A stretch of DNA of 64,000 nucleotides from Collinsella sp. (GCA_048485835.1 DBFWBE010000003.1:86399-150398); one strand, 5' to 3'. Positions 28,035-38,790 are shown, counted from the stretch's first letter. Program-made: numbers and translations. Notes: generated from the letters alone by a model not told the origin.

Positions 28035-31019
28035 ATGTCCAAGCCTTTACATCAATACGCCCTCTTTGGGACCGCACAATTTAAATACGATCAGACGATC
28101 GCGCACACCTCCGACCCACACCGACAAATCGTCATTTGCAACAACGGTTCAGACGTACGCTACGCCACACTTGAAGAGTGGGAAGAAGCTGGCGCTTTGT
28201 TCGATGAACGAGCGCGAATCGAGGGCATCGTCACCAGCGCGAGCCCAGCACGTGACAAACTCGAGCTCTTTCGCAGTCTCTTTACCGGACGTAAAGATGT
28301 TTACGCTCATGGATATCGCAGAAAAGACGGAGGTATCGGCTATACGCCCGCTTGCGCAAACGAGTGGAAGTCGGGAATTTGCCCCAAAGCAGCCCATCAA
28401 AGAGTCAAATGCGCAGAATGCGGCAATCGCATCTTCCCCGAATTAAGCGATGCCGCAATCATTGCTCACTTTAAAGGCAACGATGACCGGTTCCGCGATG
28501 TCCTTGGGCAATATGTTCTCGACAGGGACTGCAACACGAAAGTTCTCGTCATCGATTTTGACAAAGCGGACTGGAAAGAGGCAACAAATGCCGTACGGCT
28601 TGTTGCAAAACGACGGAGCATTAACGCCGCCGTTGAGCGCTCAAGGTCCGGCAACGGCGCACACATCTGGTTTTTCTTCCTCGAGCCAATCGACGCAAAG
28701 ACTGCCAGAGAGTTTGGAAGTTACCTCATAACCGAAGCCGCGGCGCTTAATAAAACAATCACGTTCGAGGCCTTTGATCGAATGCTCCCCGCTCAGGTCA
28801 CTATCCCCGATGGAGGCTTTGGAAACCTCATCGCACTTCCCTTTCAAGGCAAGGCACAACGTGAAGGAAACAGCGTATTTGTAGACGAACAATTCGAGCC
28901 CTTTCCCGACCAATGGCTTTTTCTGTCGCAAGTCCAGCTGATTCCGCGCTCGACAGTGCAAAATCTGATCGAAACCACTGGGGACAACCCACACGGGCTA
29001 GCAACAGTTACGGTGGCAAACAAGACCAAACGGTATGCCCAAACGCCCCGCAAACGGCTACCGCTCACATCGCGGGACTTTCCTTCATCGCTGCCCGTCA
29101 CACAAGCCGATATGCTGTACATCCCCGAGAAGTCTCTGAGTCCAGCGGCTCAAATGGAAATCCGCGGGCTCGCAACATTCGCCAACCCGGAATTCTTCCG
29201 CGCGCAATCTATGCATCAATCAGTATTCGGTAAACCGCGGCTCATAGACCTCAGCGAGCTTAGAGGCGGCTGCGTCGCGATTCCCAGAGGCTGCAAAGCT
29301 CAACTTGAGCGACTGCTCCAAGAAACCGGCGTCTCTGTCCACTATTCAGACGAACGCAAATCTGACAATCAAATTGTGATGACATTTAAAGGCGCCCTTC
29401 GCCCTGAGCAGCAAATCGCCGCTGATCAGATGCTCATATACGAAGACGGAATCATGTCCGCTCCGACAGGCTTCGGTAAAACCGTCATCGGAGCTTACCT
29501 TATTGCCACCATTGGTCTTCCAACGCTCGTCATCGTTCCCAAGACCGCGCTCATAACCCAATGGAAATCCCAGCTCGAGCGATTTGTCGACATTACGGAC
29601 AACAGGGAGCCCGTCCGAACCCCAAAAGGACGAATCAGCAAAAAGCAGCCTCCGCTCATCGGGCAAATTGGAGGAGGCAAGACCGCCGTAAGTGGCCTCA
29701 TCGACGTCGCTTCATTTCAATCGCTGTCTGGCAAAGACCGCCAAACCGGAGAGCCAATAGTTAAGGACCTTGTTCGCAATTACGGCCTCATTATCTGCGA
29801 CGAATGCCACCATGCCGCCGCGCCGCAGCTCGAGCTTGTTCTCAAGTCTGCCCCGGCCAAATACGTATACGGCCTTTCCGCAACGCCCGAGCGCTCCGAC
29901 GGTCTTACGCGGGCACTCTCCATGCTCTGCGGCCCGCTTCGCTATGTCATCGATCCAAAAACGCAAGCGATCCAGCAGGGCATCCAGCGCATCGTACGGC
30001 CTCGTTTTACCGGAATTCGACTACCGGCCTACGAGCCCGGTGCAAGCTTCAATCAGATTCTCGACCTTCTGTGCGCGCATACGGCAAGAAATGAATTGAT
30101 TGTCGACGACGCCCTCGAAGCCGCATCAAGCGGTCGACATCCACTTGTGCTTTCAAAAAGGAAAAAGCATGCCGAGGAGCTTTGCAGGCTCTTTCGCGAC
30201 CGCGGACACGAGCCCATCCTCTTAACCGGGGAAATCGATGCTAAAGAGAGGAAAGCGATATTGAGCAAGCTTCCCGGCTTTGAGCACGAGCACAGAATCA
30301 TTGTTGCCACCGAAAGCCTCCTGAGCGAGGGGTTCGACCTTGCATATCTCGACAACTTGTTTATTGCGACGCCGATAGCCTGGGATGGCAGCGTAACGCA
30401 ACAGGCAGGCAGGCTGCATAGAAACTACGACGGCAAACAGCGGGTTGAGATATTCGACTACGTCGACCTGTCGATACCCATGCTCGCCCGCATGTACCAG
30501 AAGAGACTCAAGACGTACGCCAAGCTTGGGTACGAAGTCTACGTGACCGGAGGCAGCGAGCAGCCCGATCAAAACATTCTCATAGAGCCGGCGAATGCCG
30601 TAGAGACATTGGTTGAAGACATCGTCGACGCCGCCAAGAGCATCTTCATTGCCGCGCCCTACGTATCTGCCGCCTGCCTTGCAAAGCTCGGCGATGCAAT
30701 CAAAGGCGCCGCTGCCCGAGGGATTGCCCTTGAGATTTACCTTGCCTCGACTCCGCGTGAAGATGCAAAAGAGACTTTGGCCGAAATGAACGTCGAGTAT
30801 GCCATCAGAGCAGAAGGACGTTTGTGTGCAGCGATAATTGACGAAGAAACTGTCTGGTACGGAACGATCCCGCTGCTAGCTTTCCCAAAGAACGAAGACT
30901 GCAGCATCAGGTTCAAAAACAGCGAGATCGCAGCGGAGCTCTTAGACGAAGTCAGCCACAAGGGAAAGCCAGATGCCGCGTCAACAGACGGAACATCTCC
31001 ATCACTTGCGGTGAAATAG
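28035..31019 (+). CDS. TOTE-like fusion: archaeo-eukaryotic-primase-like domain + SF2 DExH helicase + degenerate PLD-like domain
   Basis: LFRSLFTGRKDVYA, Cys cluster, VIDFD, ERSRSGNGAHIW, GNLIALP; APTGFGKT, DECHH, LSATP, QQAGRLHR; C-terminal IFIAAPYV...AIIDEETVWYG. Confidence 0.85.
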   Translation: MSKPLHQYALFGTAQFKYDQTIAHTSDPHRQIVICNNGSDVRYATLEEWEEAGALFDERARIEGIVTSASPARDKLELFRSLFTGRKDVYAHGYRRKDGGIGYTPACANEWKSGICPKAAHQRVKCAECGNRIFPELSDAAIIAHFKGNDDRFRDVLGQYVLDRDCNTKVLVIDFDKADWKEATNAVRLVAKRRSINAAVERSRSGNGAHIWFFFLEPIDAKTAREFGSYLITEAAALNKTITFEAFDRMLPAQVTIPDGGFGNLIALPFQGKAQREGNSVFVDEQFEPFPDQWLFLSQVQLIPRSTVQNLIETTGDNPHGLATVTVANKTKRYAQTPRKRLPLTSRDFPSSLPVTQADMLYIPEKSLSPAAQMEIRGLATFANPEFFRAQSMHQSVFGKPRLIDLSELRGGCVAIPRGCKAQLERLLQETGVSVHYSDERKSDNQIVMTFKGALRPEQQIAADQMLIYEDGIMSAPTGFGKTVIGAYLIATIGLPTLVIVPKTALITQWKSQLERFVDITDNREPVRTPKGRISKKQPPLIGQIGGGKTAVSGLIDVASFQSLSGKDRQTGEPIVKDLVRNYGLIICDECHHAAAPQLELVLKSAPAKYVYGLSATPERSDGLTRALSMLCGPLRYVIDPKTQAIQQGIQRIVRPRFTGIRLPAYEPGASFNQILDLLCAHTARNELIVDDALEAASSGRHPLVLSKRKKHAEELCRLFRDRGHEPILLTGEIDAKERKAILSKLPGFEHEHRIIVATESLLSEGFDLAYLDNLFIATPIAWDGSVTQQAGRLHRNYDGKQRVEIFDYVDLSIPMLARMYQKRLKTYAKLGYEVYVTGGSEQPDQNILIEPANAVETLVEDIVDAAKSIFIAAPYVSAACLAKLGDAIKGAAARGIALEIYLASTPREDAKETLAEMNVEYAIRAEGRLCAAIIDEETVWYGTIPLLAFPKNEDCSIRFKNSEIAAELLDEVSHKGKPDAASTDGTSPSLAVK

Positions 31020-31071
31020 GGACTGTTTTTGGCTTATAAGCCGCAAATCAATCCCTATTTCACCGCAACTT
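31003..31071. repeat. Palindromic ~70-bp unit, direct-repeat copy 2 (supplies the helicase stop codon)
   Basis: TTGCGGTGAAATAGGGA...TCCCTATTTCACCGCAA. Confidence 0.9.
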
Positions 31072-31083
31072 AGAAGTGAGTGG

Positions 31084-31392
31084 CTAGCTCAGTGGGCCCT
31101 GAAATAACTCTTGATGCGAACCCATTCTTACCAGTCGAATCACCGGATTGGTTTTATGTGGCAGGTAGAGAACGACCACGTCGACCAGGCCATCGGAAAG
31201 ATGAAAATCGATGTGACCGTTGTAATTGCCGCCCGGGTTGGAGAGCTCGTGGGCACCGTACTCTGCCGGAAGCACGCCGTGTGCCGCAAGCTCGGCAACT
31301 GCCGCCTTAAACTCGGTTTTTAGCTGCGGGTGGCTCTGCATCGCTCGCTTATAGTCGGCCTTAAACTGAGCCTCGACCTTAATTTCAAACAT
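31084..31392 (-). CDS. Type II toxin, YafQ/RelE family mRNA interferase
   Basis: FKADYKR, YGAHEL, DFHL, LVRMGSHQELF. Confidence 0.88.
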   Translation of the reverse strand: MFEIKVEAQFKADYKRAMQSHPQLKTEFKAAVAELAAHGVLPAEYGAHELSNPGGNYNGHIDFHLSDGLVDVVVLYLPHKTNPVIRLVRMGSHQELFQGPLS

Positions 31393-31395
31393 CGT

Positions 31396-31695
31396 CTAAT
31401 CCTCATCGAGGAACGACATCAACTCATCAACGTTATCGAATGACGGGCTGTCGTCTGGCAGAATCCCCAGCTCACGAGCCTCGGCGATCACCATAGCGCG
31501 CCTCGTCGCCTCGTTGGGTACCTCCGGCCGCCCCACAATCTCAAACGGAATCTTCCGCTGGTTCACAAGCTGCCGAACAGCAAGGTTGAGATACGAATTA
31601 AGGTTCAGGCCAACCGAATCTAAAAACTCAGTCGCCTGCTCCTTAAGCCCCTCCTCGATGCGGACCGTCGTGGGCTTAATCGTTGCAGTAGACAT
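31396..31695 (-). CDS. Type II antitoxin, RelB/DinJ family
   Basis: TVRIEEGLKEQA, GLNL, IPFEI, PNEATRRA, FDNVDELM. AGGAGG RBS. Confidence 0.92.
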   Translation of the reverse strand: MSTATIKPTTVRIEEGLKEQATEFLDSVGLNLNSYLNLAVRQLVNQRKIPFEIVGRPEVPNEATRRAMVIAEARELGILPDDSPSFDNVDELMSFLDED

Positions 31696-31742
31696 ACGCG
31701 ACCTCCTCGCCCTCGTCTTTTGCATCAGTATACCCAATAAAA

Positions 31743-31778
31743 ATGGCAATCTGATGTTAGATAGCATCAGATTGCCAT
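31743..31778 (-). terminator. Palindrome acting as LOG-gene terminator and/or toxin-antitoxin operator
   Basis: ATGGCAATCTGATGTTA-GA-TAGCATCAGATTGCCAT. On the minus strand it is followed by a T-run and then a TATACT -10-like hexamer. Confidence 0.65.
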
Positions 31779-31808
31779 GCATATTCATGTTGCAGCGGCA
31801 CGATTGCT

Positions 31809-32567
31809 CTACATCAGCCCGCTCAGGGCGACGTCGACCGCTTCGTTGAGGTCGTCGGTAATGTGTACCAGATCCGGATCGAGCGGGCTGATCATACCGG
31901 CGCTCATCACCGGGCCGTTGAGCCAGTCGAATAGGCCCTGCCAGTACTCGCTGCCCACCAGCACGAGCGGCATGCGCTTGACCTTGTGCGTCTGCACCAG
32001 CGTGAGAACCTCGAACATCTCGTCGAGCGTGCCAAAGCCGCCGGGAAATACGATGGCGCCCGAGCTGTACTTAACGAACATGGTTTTGCGCACAAAGAAG
32101 TAGCGGAAGTCCATGCCGAGGTTCACGTATTTGTTGAGCCCCTGCTCGTGCGGAAGCTCGATACCCAGGCCGACCGACTTGCCGTTGGCGCTCGCCGCTC
32201 CCCTGTTGGCTGCCTCCATGACGCCGGGACCGCCGCCGGTGATAACCGCCACGCCGCGCTGGGCGATTTTGCACCCGACGGTACGCGCCGCCTTGTAGAG
32301 CTGATCGGTCTTGGGCGTGCGGGCACTGCCGAAGATGGTCACTGCGGGGCCAAGCTCGGCAAGCGCGCCGAAGCCATCGACAAACTCGGCCTGAATGCGC
32401 AGCACGCGCCAGGGATCGGCATGCAGCCAGTCAGTCGAATCTTCGGGCGCCAGCAGGTTGGCGTAGGTGTTGTCCTTGGGAATCATGGGGCCGCGCATGA
32501 CCACGGGGCCGCGGCGGTACGTCTCGTCGTAGGCAGGCTCGCCCTCGACGTTCTCATTCTTAATCAT
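31809..32567 (-). CDS. LOG family (TIGR00730) Rossmann-fold phosphoribohydrolase
   Basis: FGSART, TGGGPGVMEAANRGA, YFFVRK, PGGFGTLDE. Confidence 0.93.
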   Translation of the reverse strand: MIKNENVEGEPAYDETYRRGPVVMRGPMIPKDNTYANLLAPEDSTDWLHADPWRVLRIQAEFVDGFGALAELGPAVTIFGSARTPKTDQLYKAARTVGCKIAQRGVAVITGGGPGVMEAANRGAASANGKSVGLGIELPHEQGLNKYVNLGMDFRYFFVRKTMFVKYSSGAIVFPGGFGTLDEMFEVLTLVQTHKVKRMPLVLVGSEYWQGLFDWLNGPVMSAGMISPLDPDLVHITDDLNEAVDVALSGLM

Positions 32568-32779
32568 GGGTACTCCTATCGAGAAAAAGAAAACGGGCGG
32601 GGTCGACGCCATGCGTCAAACACCCGCCCGAGCATCAACTATTCGGTATGGTACCCACGATGCATCAAGCACTTGCAAGCTATCGGTCAGCGGTCGCGCA
32701 GCCGGTGTCAGCGAATGCGACGACCGGCTGGCGCTCGACCATTGCCGTTGTCCACGCTCTGCAAGCGTATCTGTCGCCC

Positions 32780-33919
<1,140 letters not shown>

Positions 33920-34024
33920 AAACTGGAACTCCTTGGTTGCGGTTCATACGCAAACCATTATACGGGCAACCCGCAAGAAGCACCGACTCGACAGAAACTA
34001 GTGCATTAGGATCAGGTTCCCGCG

Positions 34025-34382
34025 CTAGTCGTTGGGTAGTCGTTGGGGACAGTCTTAAACGACTAGACGTTGGGGACAGTCTTCAGCGCCATCTTGCAAA
34101 TGAGTGCCCCAATCTGCCGGCACTCAGGGACTGTCCCCAAGTGCCGGCAAGAGTGTCCCTTTCGACTAGTCATTTAAGAACGTCCCCAACGACTACATCC
34201 AACAGTCAAGGTAACGCCGATGCTCTGACAACATCAGCGAGCGGTCACCAGAGCGAACAAATTGGCATGAAAAGAGGGCGGCATAGACCTTCTGGTCATG
34301 CCGCCCTCTTTGAATGACAAGTTGTCGCTCTGGTGACCGCGCAGCGTCGGCCGGTCCGCCGTTCGGTAGAACGGCGGAACCC
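34025..34382. repeat. Cluster of GGGGAC REP-like units followed by a structured long-hairpin repeat
   Basis: GTAGTCGTTGGGGACAGTCTTAAACGACTAG and inverted copies (34025-34196). GCGGTCACCAGAGCGA/TCGCTCTGGTGACCGC hairpin (34216-34382). Confidence 0.85.
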
Positions 34383-35183
34383 CTACGGACGCTGGCCCAT
34401 GCCACCCTCGAGGGTGACGGTCTCGCCGTTCATATACTTAAAGTCAGGACCGCAGAGCTGAACGACAACGCGGCCGATTTCCTTCTCGACGTCGCCGTAG
34501 TGGCCTGCCGGCGGCATGTGGACGTTGGCCTTGAACGCCTCGGGGTAGGCATCCTGGAAGTTCTCGAGCGCGGCGGTCCAAGCAAGCGGGCAAACGATAT
34601 TGACGTTGATGCCGTCCTTGCCCCACTCGTTGGCGGCAACGCGAGTCAGACCACGGATGCCCTCCTTGGCGGCGGCATAGCTGCACTGACCGTAGTTGCC
34701 AAACAGGCCGGCGCCCGAGGCAAAGTTGACCACGGAGCCCTTGGTCTCCTTCAGGTGCGGATAGGCCTTCTGCATGTACAGATAGGTGGCATACAGACCG
34801 GAATAAATGGCCAGGTTAAACTGATCCATGGTGTGGTCGGCGATGGTCACACCCGAGGCGCTGGCCTGAGCATTGTTGACGACGGCGTCGATGCGGCCGA
34901 ACTCCTCAATGGCCTTGTCGATAACGTTCTGGACGACGGCCTCGTTGTCCTGACCAGCCGAAACATCGGCCTGAACAGGCAGAACCTTGACACCGTACTC
35001 GGCCTCGAGGGACTCCTTGGCGGCCTCGAGCTTGGCGACGTTGCGGCCGGTGATAACGAGGTTCGCGCCCTCCTTGGCAAAAGCGATATCGATGCCATAA
35101 CCGATGGAGCCAGCGGAGCCGTCCTTAAGCGTGGCCTTGCCGCCGCCGGTGACGATCACGGTCTTACCAGTGAAAAGTCCCAT
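34383..35183 (-). CDS. SDR oxidoreductase, probable bile-acid 12-alpha-hydroxysteroid dehydrogenase
   Basis: 266 aa with insertion-containing TGGG...DGS.GSIGYGI, NNAQASASG, YAAAK, CPLAWT, LEGGMGQRP. As I recall, this closely resembles 12a-HSDHs from Clostridium scindens and Eggerthella; not verified by search. Confidence 0.8.
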   Translation of the reverse strand: MGLFTGKTVIVTGGGKATLKDGSAGSIGYGIDIAFAKEGANLVITGRNVAKLEAAKESLEAEYGVKVLPVQADVSAGQDNEAVVQNVIDKAIEEFGRIDAVVNNAQASASGVTIADHTMDQFNLAIYSGLYATYLYMQKAYPHLKETKGSVVNFASGAGLFGNYGQCSYAAAKEGIRGLTRVAANEWGKDGINVNIVCPLAWTAALENFQDAYPEAFKANVHMPPAGHYGDVEKEIGRVVVQLCGPDFKYMNGETVTLEGGMGQRP

Positions 35184-35477
35184 ATAAAGTCCTTTCAAAT
35201 CGCGACGGGCGCACCCGCCGACTGCGCGCATCCAAATAAACGCGCCAAAAGCTGAAATGCAACTTTAACGGGTTCAAGTGAAAAATAAAGCCCATGGCAG
35301 GCGAACGGCGCAACGTCTTTCGGCGAAGGGAATGTCAAGTAAAAATTGGATAGAGTGGCCGAGTTTTTGCTATCGACGCGAGCCATCGAACACGTTTTGA
35401 AACTTTGCTGCGGCGCGCGGGAAGTCGGCACGAGACTTTATCATAGGGTGACAAACAACGATGAGGAGCACATACCT

Positions 35478-37241
35478 ATGACAGACGAGCTGGACCCCCA
35501 GACTCAACAGCATATTGATGATTCCGCAGACGTCACTGCAGATGCCGACGCTGTGACCTGCGATGATATTGACCTCGACGACCCCATCTTGGACGAAAGC
35601 GCTACGGCGGAAACCCCTGGCGCCGAAGATGCAGGCGAGCAAAACGACGATGCGCCCGCTCAGGACGACGACCCCGTACAGGATGCCGCTCCGCAAGCTG
35701 CGGGCCCTATCGAGGTGTCTTCGGAAGAAGAGCTCGACGCCGTCATGGACTCCATGATGGATGCCGTCAAAGCGATGAAAGACGCCGTGGCCGACGCTGA
35801 CGTTGACGCCGAGGAAGAGGAGGCTGCCGAGGCGGCCTCGACCTTTGTACCCGGCGAGACTCCGGTTGCCGACCAGGGCAGCACCATGCCCTCGTTTCTG
35901 CAGCTCGAGCACCCCACGATTGGCGCCGATGCGGTCGACCCGCACGCAGCAGGCTTTTCTGTGGTCGAGGGCGGCACCGGCAACATCTCCGTGCCGCAGG
36001 CTGCCGATGCGGATGCTGCTGACACCGCTCGCCCGACCGCCTCGCACTCCCCTGCCGCGAACCGCGATCTGGGGACCGCTGTCTCGAACACCGCGAACGC
36101 CGTGGGCACCTTTATTGCCCAGGGCGCCTCGGCCATGCGCGAGATGAACGCCGCGAAAAAGGCACTTGCCGATGCCCGCGCCCACCTGGCCGAACTTGAG
36201 CAGCGCATTGCCGATCAGGCCGAGGAACTCGAGACGCGCCAGGATATCGCAGGCCGCTACGACCAGATCGTCGCCGACCAGCGCCAGGCGATTGCCACGG
36301 CCCAAAAGACTGCAGCGGCCGCCGAGATTGACCGTGATGCCCACGCCGCCAAAGCGACAGAGCTCAAAGGTCAGCTCGAACAAATGAAGACAGAGGATGA
36401 CGCGACTGAGCTCCGTCTGAAGGCCGCGCTCGACGCCGTGGAGGCCCGCGAGGCGAGCTCGCGCGAGACCGGCAACCGCCTCGTTCGACGTCTTGAGGAT
36501 TCCAAGCGCATCCGCGACAAGGTGAAGGCCGAGCGAGACGCCGGCATTGCCGCCGCACAACAAACCGTCGACGCCACGCGCGCCCAACTCGAGACGCTGC
36601 GTCATGAGTATGCCGAGCTGCAACGCAATCCCTCGGCAAATCCCGCCAACTATACGGTGCGCACCAGCGAGCTCTCGATGCAGATTTCAGACACGGCAGA
36701 TGCCCTGCGTAAAGCCGAAGAAGATGTCCCGCGCATCACCGCCGACCTTGAGCATTCACTTGCCGCAGCCGAGCAGGCCGTCGAGCAGGCTCAAGCCCCT
36801 ATCGCCGACGCAAAACGCGCGCACCAAGCCGTGACGACCGAAGCCGATGCCGCGCGCGACGAGCTGCAGACGGCGAAGACCGCCGCCGCGACTCGTCAGC
36901 GCGAACTGCGCGAGAAGATCGCCGCGGAGGACAAGGCACGCCGCGAGCAGGAGCAGACCATCGCCAACGCCCAAGCAGATGCCGCACATGCGCAGTCGAT
37001 CATCGAACAGGCGACCGAAGTGCACGACCACCCAGAGATCACTGAGTCGCTTGCAGGATCCTTGGCCCGAGACAAAGCCGAACACGCCGAGACCGAGCGA
37101 GAAGTCGCCCAGCTGGAGGCCACCGAGGACGCGGTGCGCGAGCGTACCCGCGACTCACGCATCAAATTCACCGGCGCCATCGTCTGCATCGTCGCCGCAA
37201 TCCTGGTGATCATCCTAGTCTGGCTGTTCGCAAGCAAGTAG
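35478..37241 (+). CDS. Hypothetical protein: acidic disordered N-terminus, long coiled coil, C-terminal TM anchor
   Basis: Asp/Glu/Ala-rich N-terminus, heptad-rich middle, terminal FTGAIVCIVAAILVIILVWLF. GAGGAG RBS. Confidence 0.8.
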   Translation: MTDELDPQTQQHIDDSADVTADADAVTCDDIDLDDPILDESATAETPGAEDAGEQNDDAPAQDDDPVQDAAPQAAGPIEVSSEEELDAVMDSMMDAVKAMKDAVADADVDAEEEEAAEAASTFVPGETPVADQGSTMPSFLQLEHPTIGADAVDPHAAGFSVVEGGTGNISVPQAADADAADTARPTASHSPAANRDLGTAVSNTANAVGTFIAQGASAMREMNAAKKALADARAHLAELEQRIADQAEELETRQDIAGRYDQIVADQRQAIATAQKTAAAAEIDRDAHAAKATELKGQLEQMKTEDDATELRLKAALDAVEAREASSRETGNRLVRRLEDSKRIRDKVKAERDAGIAAAQQTVDATRAQLETLRHEYAELQRNPSANPANYTVRTSELSMQISDTADALRKAEEDVPRITADLEHSLAAAEQAVEQAQAPIADAKRAHQAVTTEADAARDELQTAKTAAATRQRELREKIAAEDKARREQEQTIANAQADAAHAQSIIEQATEVHDHPEITESLAGSLARDKAEHAETEREVAQLEATEDAVRERTRDSRIKFTGAIVCIVAAILVIILVWLFASK

Positions 37242-37573
37242 TCGTTGGGGACGTTCTTAAACGACTGGTCAAACAAGAACGTCCCCAACGACTAGCCCAA
37301 TGACGAGAGTGGATAATCTCCCACTTTGAGCCCCCAAGCAGGCCAAAAACGGGAGATTATCCACTCTCATTCTGCAGGCACTCATTTAAGTACGTCCCCA
37401 ATGAGTACCTGCCGATGCTTTGGCAAAGTCAGCGAAAACGCCCCTAAGCGAGCAAGGTGACGTGAAAGAGGAGGGCATTGACCTTCTGGTCATGCCCGAC
37501 GATTGAACGTCAGATTGTCCAAATGCGGCCCGCGCAGCGTCGAGCAGTTACGCGGTTCGTAGAACCGCGTAAC
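37238..37573. repeat. Composite repeat cluster: GTAG REP pair, 18-bp IR unit, GGGGAC hairpin, structured long repeat
   Basis: 37238-37295; GAGAGTGGATAATCTCCC/GGGAGATTATCCACTCTC at 37305-37368; 37374-37412; 37411-37573. Confidence 0.85.
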
Positions 37574-38790
37574 TAACAAATGAGCATCGCGTCGCCAAAG
37601 CTGAAGAAGCGGTAGCGCTCCTCGATGGCGGCGGCGTAGGCATCCATGATCTGGTCGCGGGAGGCAAGCGCGCTCACGAGCATCATGAGCGTAGAGCGCG
37701 GCACGTGGAAGTTCGTGATCAGCGCGTCGACCACGTGATAGGTCGAGCCAGGCATGAGGTAGAGCTGCGTCGTCGCGTTCTCGCGCACCACGATGTCACC
37801 GCGGCCGAGCGTATCGGCCCCGTCCTCGCGGCCCTCAAAATAGCGCGCCGTCACAGCCGGATCGGACACCGGCGCCTCCGCATCAAAGGCGCTCTCGAGC
37901 GAGCGCACCGCCGTGGTACCGACAGCGATCACACGATGCCCCCCGGCCTTCGCCTTATGCACGGCGTCGACCACCTCCTGCGATACGTGGTAGCGCTCGG
38001 TGTGCATCACGTGCTGCGTGGGGTCGTCCTCCTCCACCAAGCGGAAGGTATCGATGCCCACCTCGAGCTCGACGGCGGCAAACTTCGCGCCCTTGGCCTC
38101 GATAGCGGCCATGAGCTCGGGGGTAAAGTGCAGGCCCGCCGTGGGAGCGGCAGCCGAGTGCTCCTCCTTCATGGCGTAGACGGTCTGGTACTTCTCGGGA
38201 TCGCCCTCATAATCGGTAATGTAGGGCGGCAGCGGCACGTGGCCGGCAGCATGGATGGCCTCGTCGAGCGTGCGCGGGTCGCCGGCAGCATTGCAACCGG
38301 CCGGCTCAAAACGCACCAGGCGGCCGCCGCGGCTATCGGTGACAAAGTCGACGACCTCGGCCGTCAGCACCACGGGAGCCCCCTCGGGCGCATGAGCGCC
38401 GCCCGCACGATACTCAATCTGAGCACCGGGCTTTAGGCGCTTGCCCGGCTTGACCAGGCACTCCCAAACGTGACCCAGCGGGTCAACATCCTCGCGGCGC
38501 TTGAGCAGCAGGGTCTCGACCACGCCGCCCGAGCCCGTCTTGCGACCGATCAGACGGGCCGGCATCACGCGCGTCTGGTTGATGACGAGCACGTCGCCCG
38601 GCTCGATGTAATCGATGATGTCGCGGAAGATGCGGTGCTCAACGGTACCGCCATGCTCCAGCGGCGTTCCCGTCTGGGAGCCTTTGCGATCCACCACCAG
38701 CAGGCGGCAGGAGTCGCGCGGCTCGGCAGGCGCCTGGGCAATCAGTTCCTCAGGAAGGTTGTAGTCAAAATCATCGGTACGCATAGACAC
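37573..38790 (-). CDS. queA: S-adenosylmethionine:tRNA ribosyltransferase-isomerase
   Basis: FDYNLPEELIAQ, VPLPPYI, YQTVYA, AAPTAGLHF, VGTT, TNFH, FFSFGDAM. Confidence 0.98.
   Translation of the reverse strand: MSMRTDDFDYNLPEELIAQAPAEPRDSCRLLVVDRKGSQTGTPLEHGGTVEHRIFRDIIDYIEPGDVLVINQTRVMPARLIGRKTGSGGVVETLLLKRREDVDPLGHVWECLVKPGKRLKPGAQIEYRAGGAHAPEGAPVVLTAEVVDFVTDSRGGRLVRFEPAGCNAAGDPRTLDEAIHAAGHVPLPPYITDYEGDPEKYQTVYAMKEEHSAAAPTAGLHFTPELMAAIEAKGAKFAAVELEVGIDTFRLVEEDDPTQHVMHTERYHVSQEVVDAVHKAKAGGHRVIAVGTTAVRSLESAFDAEAPVSDPAVTARYFEGREDGADTLGRGDIVVRENATTQLYLMPGSTYHVVDALITNFHVPRSTLMMLVSALASRDQIMDAYAAAIEERYRFFSFGDAMLIC

Noticed and set aside
33920..34020. Possible preQ1 riboswitch near the que genes
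   Set aside because: No recognisable preQ1 consensus upstream of tgt, queA or queH.
34025..34196. Clustered short repeats as a possible CRISPR array
   Set aside because: Mixed orientation, irregular spacing, no unique spacers of constant length, no cas genes.
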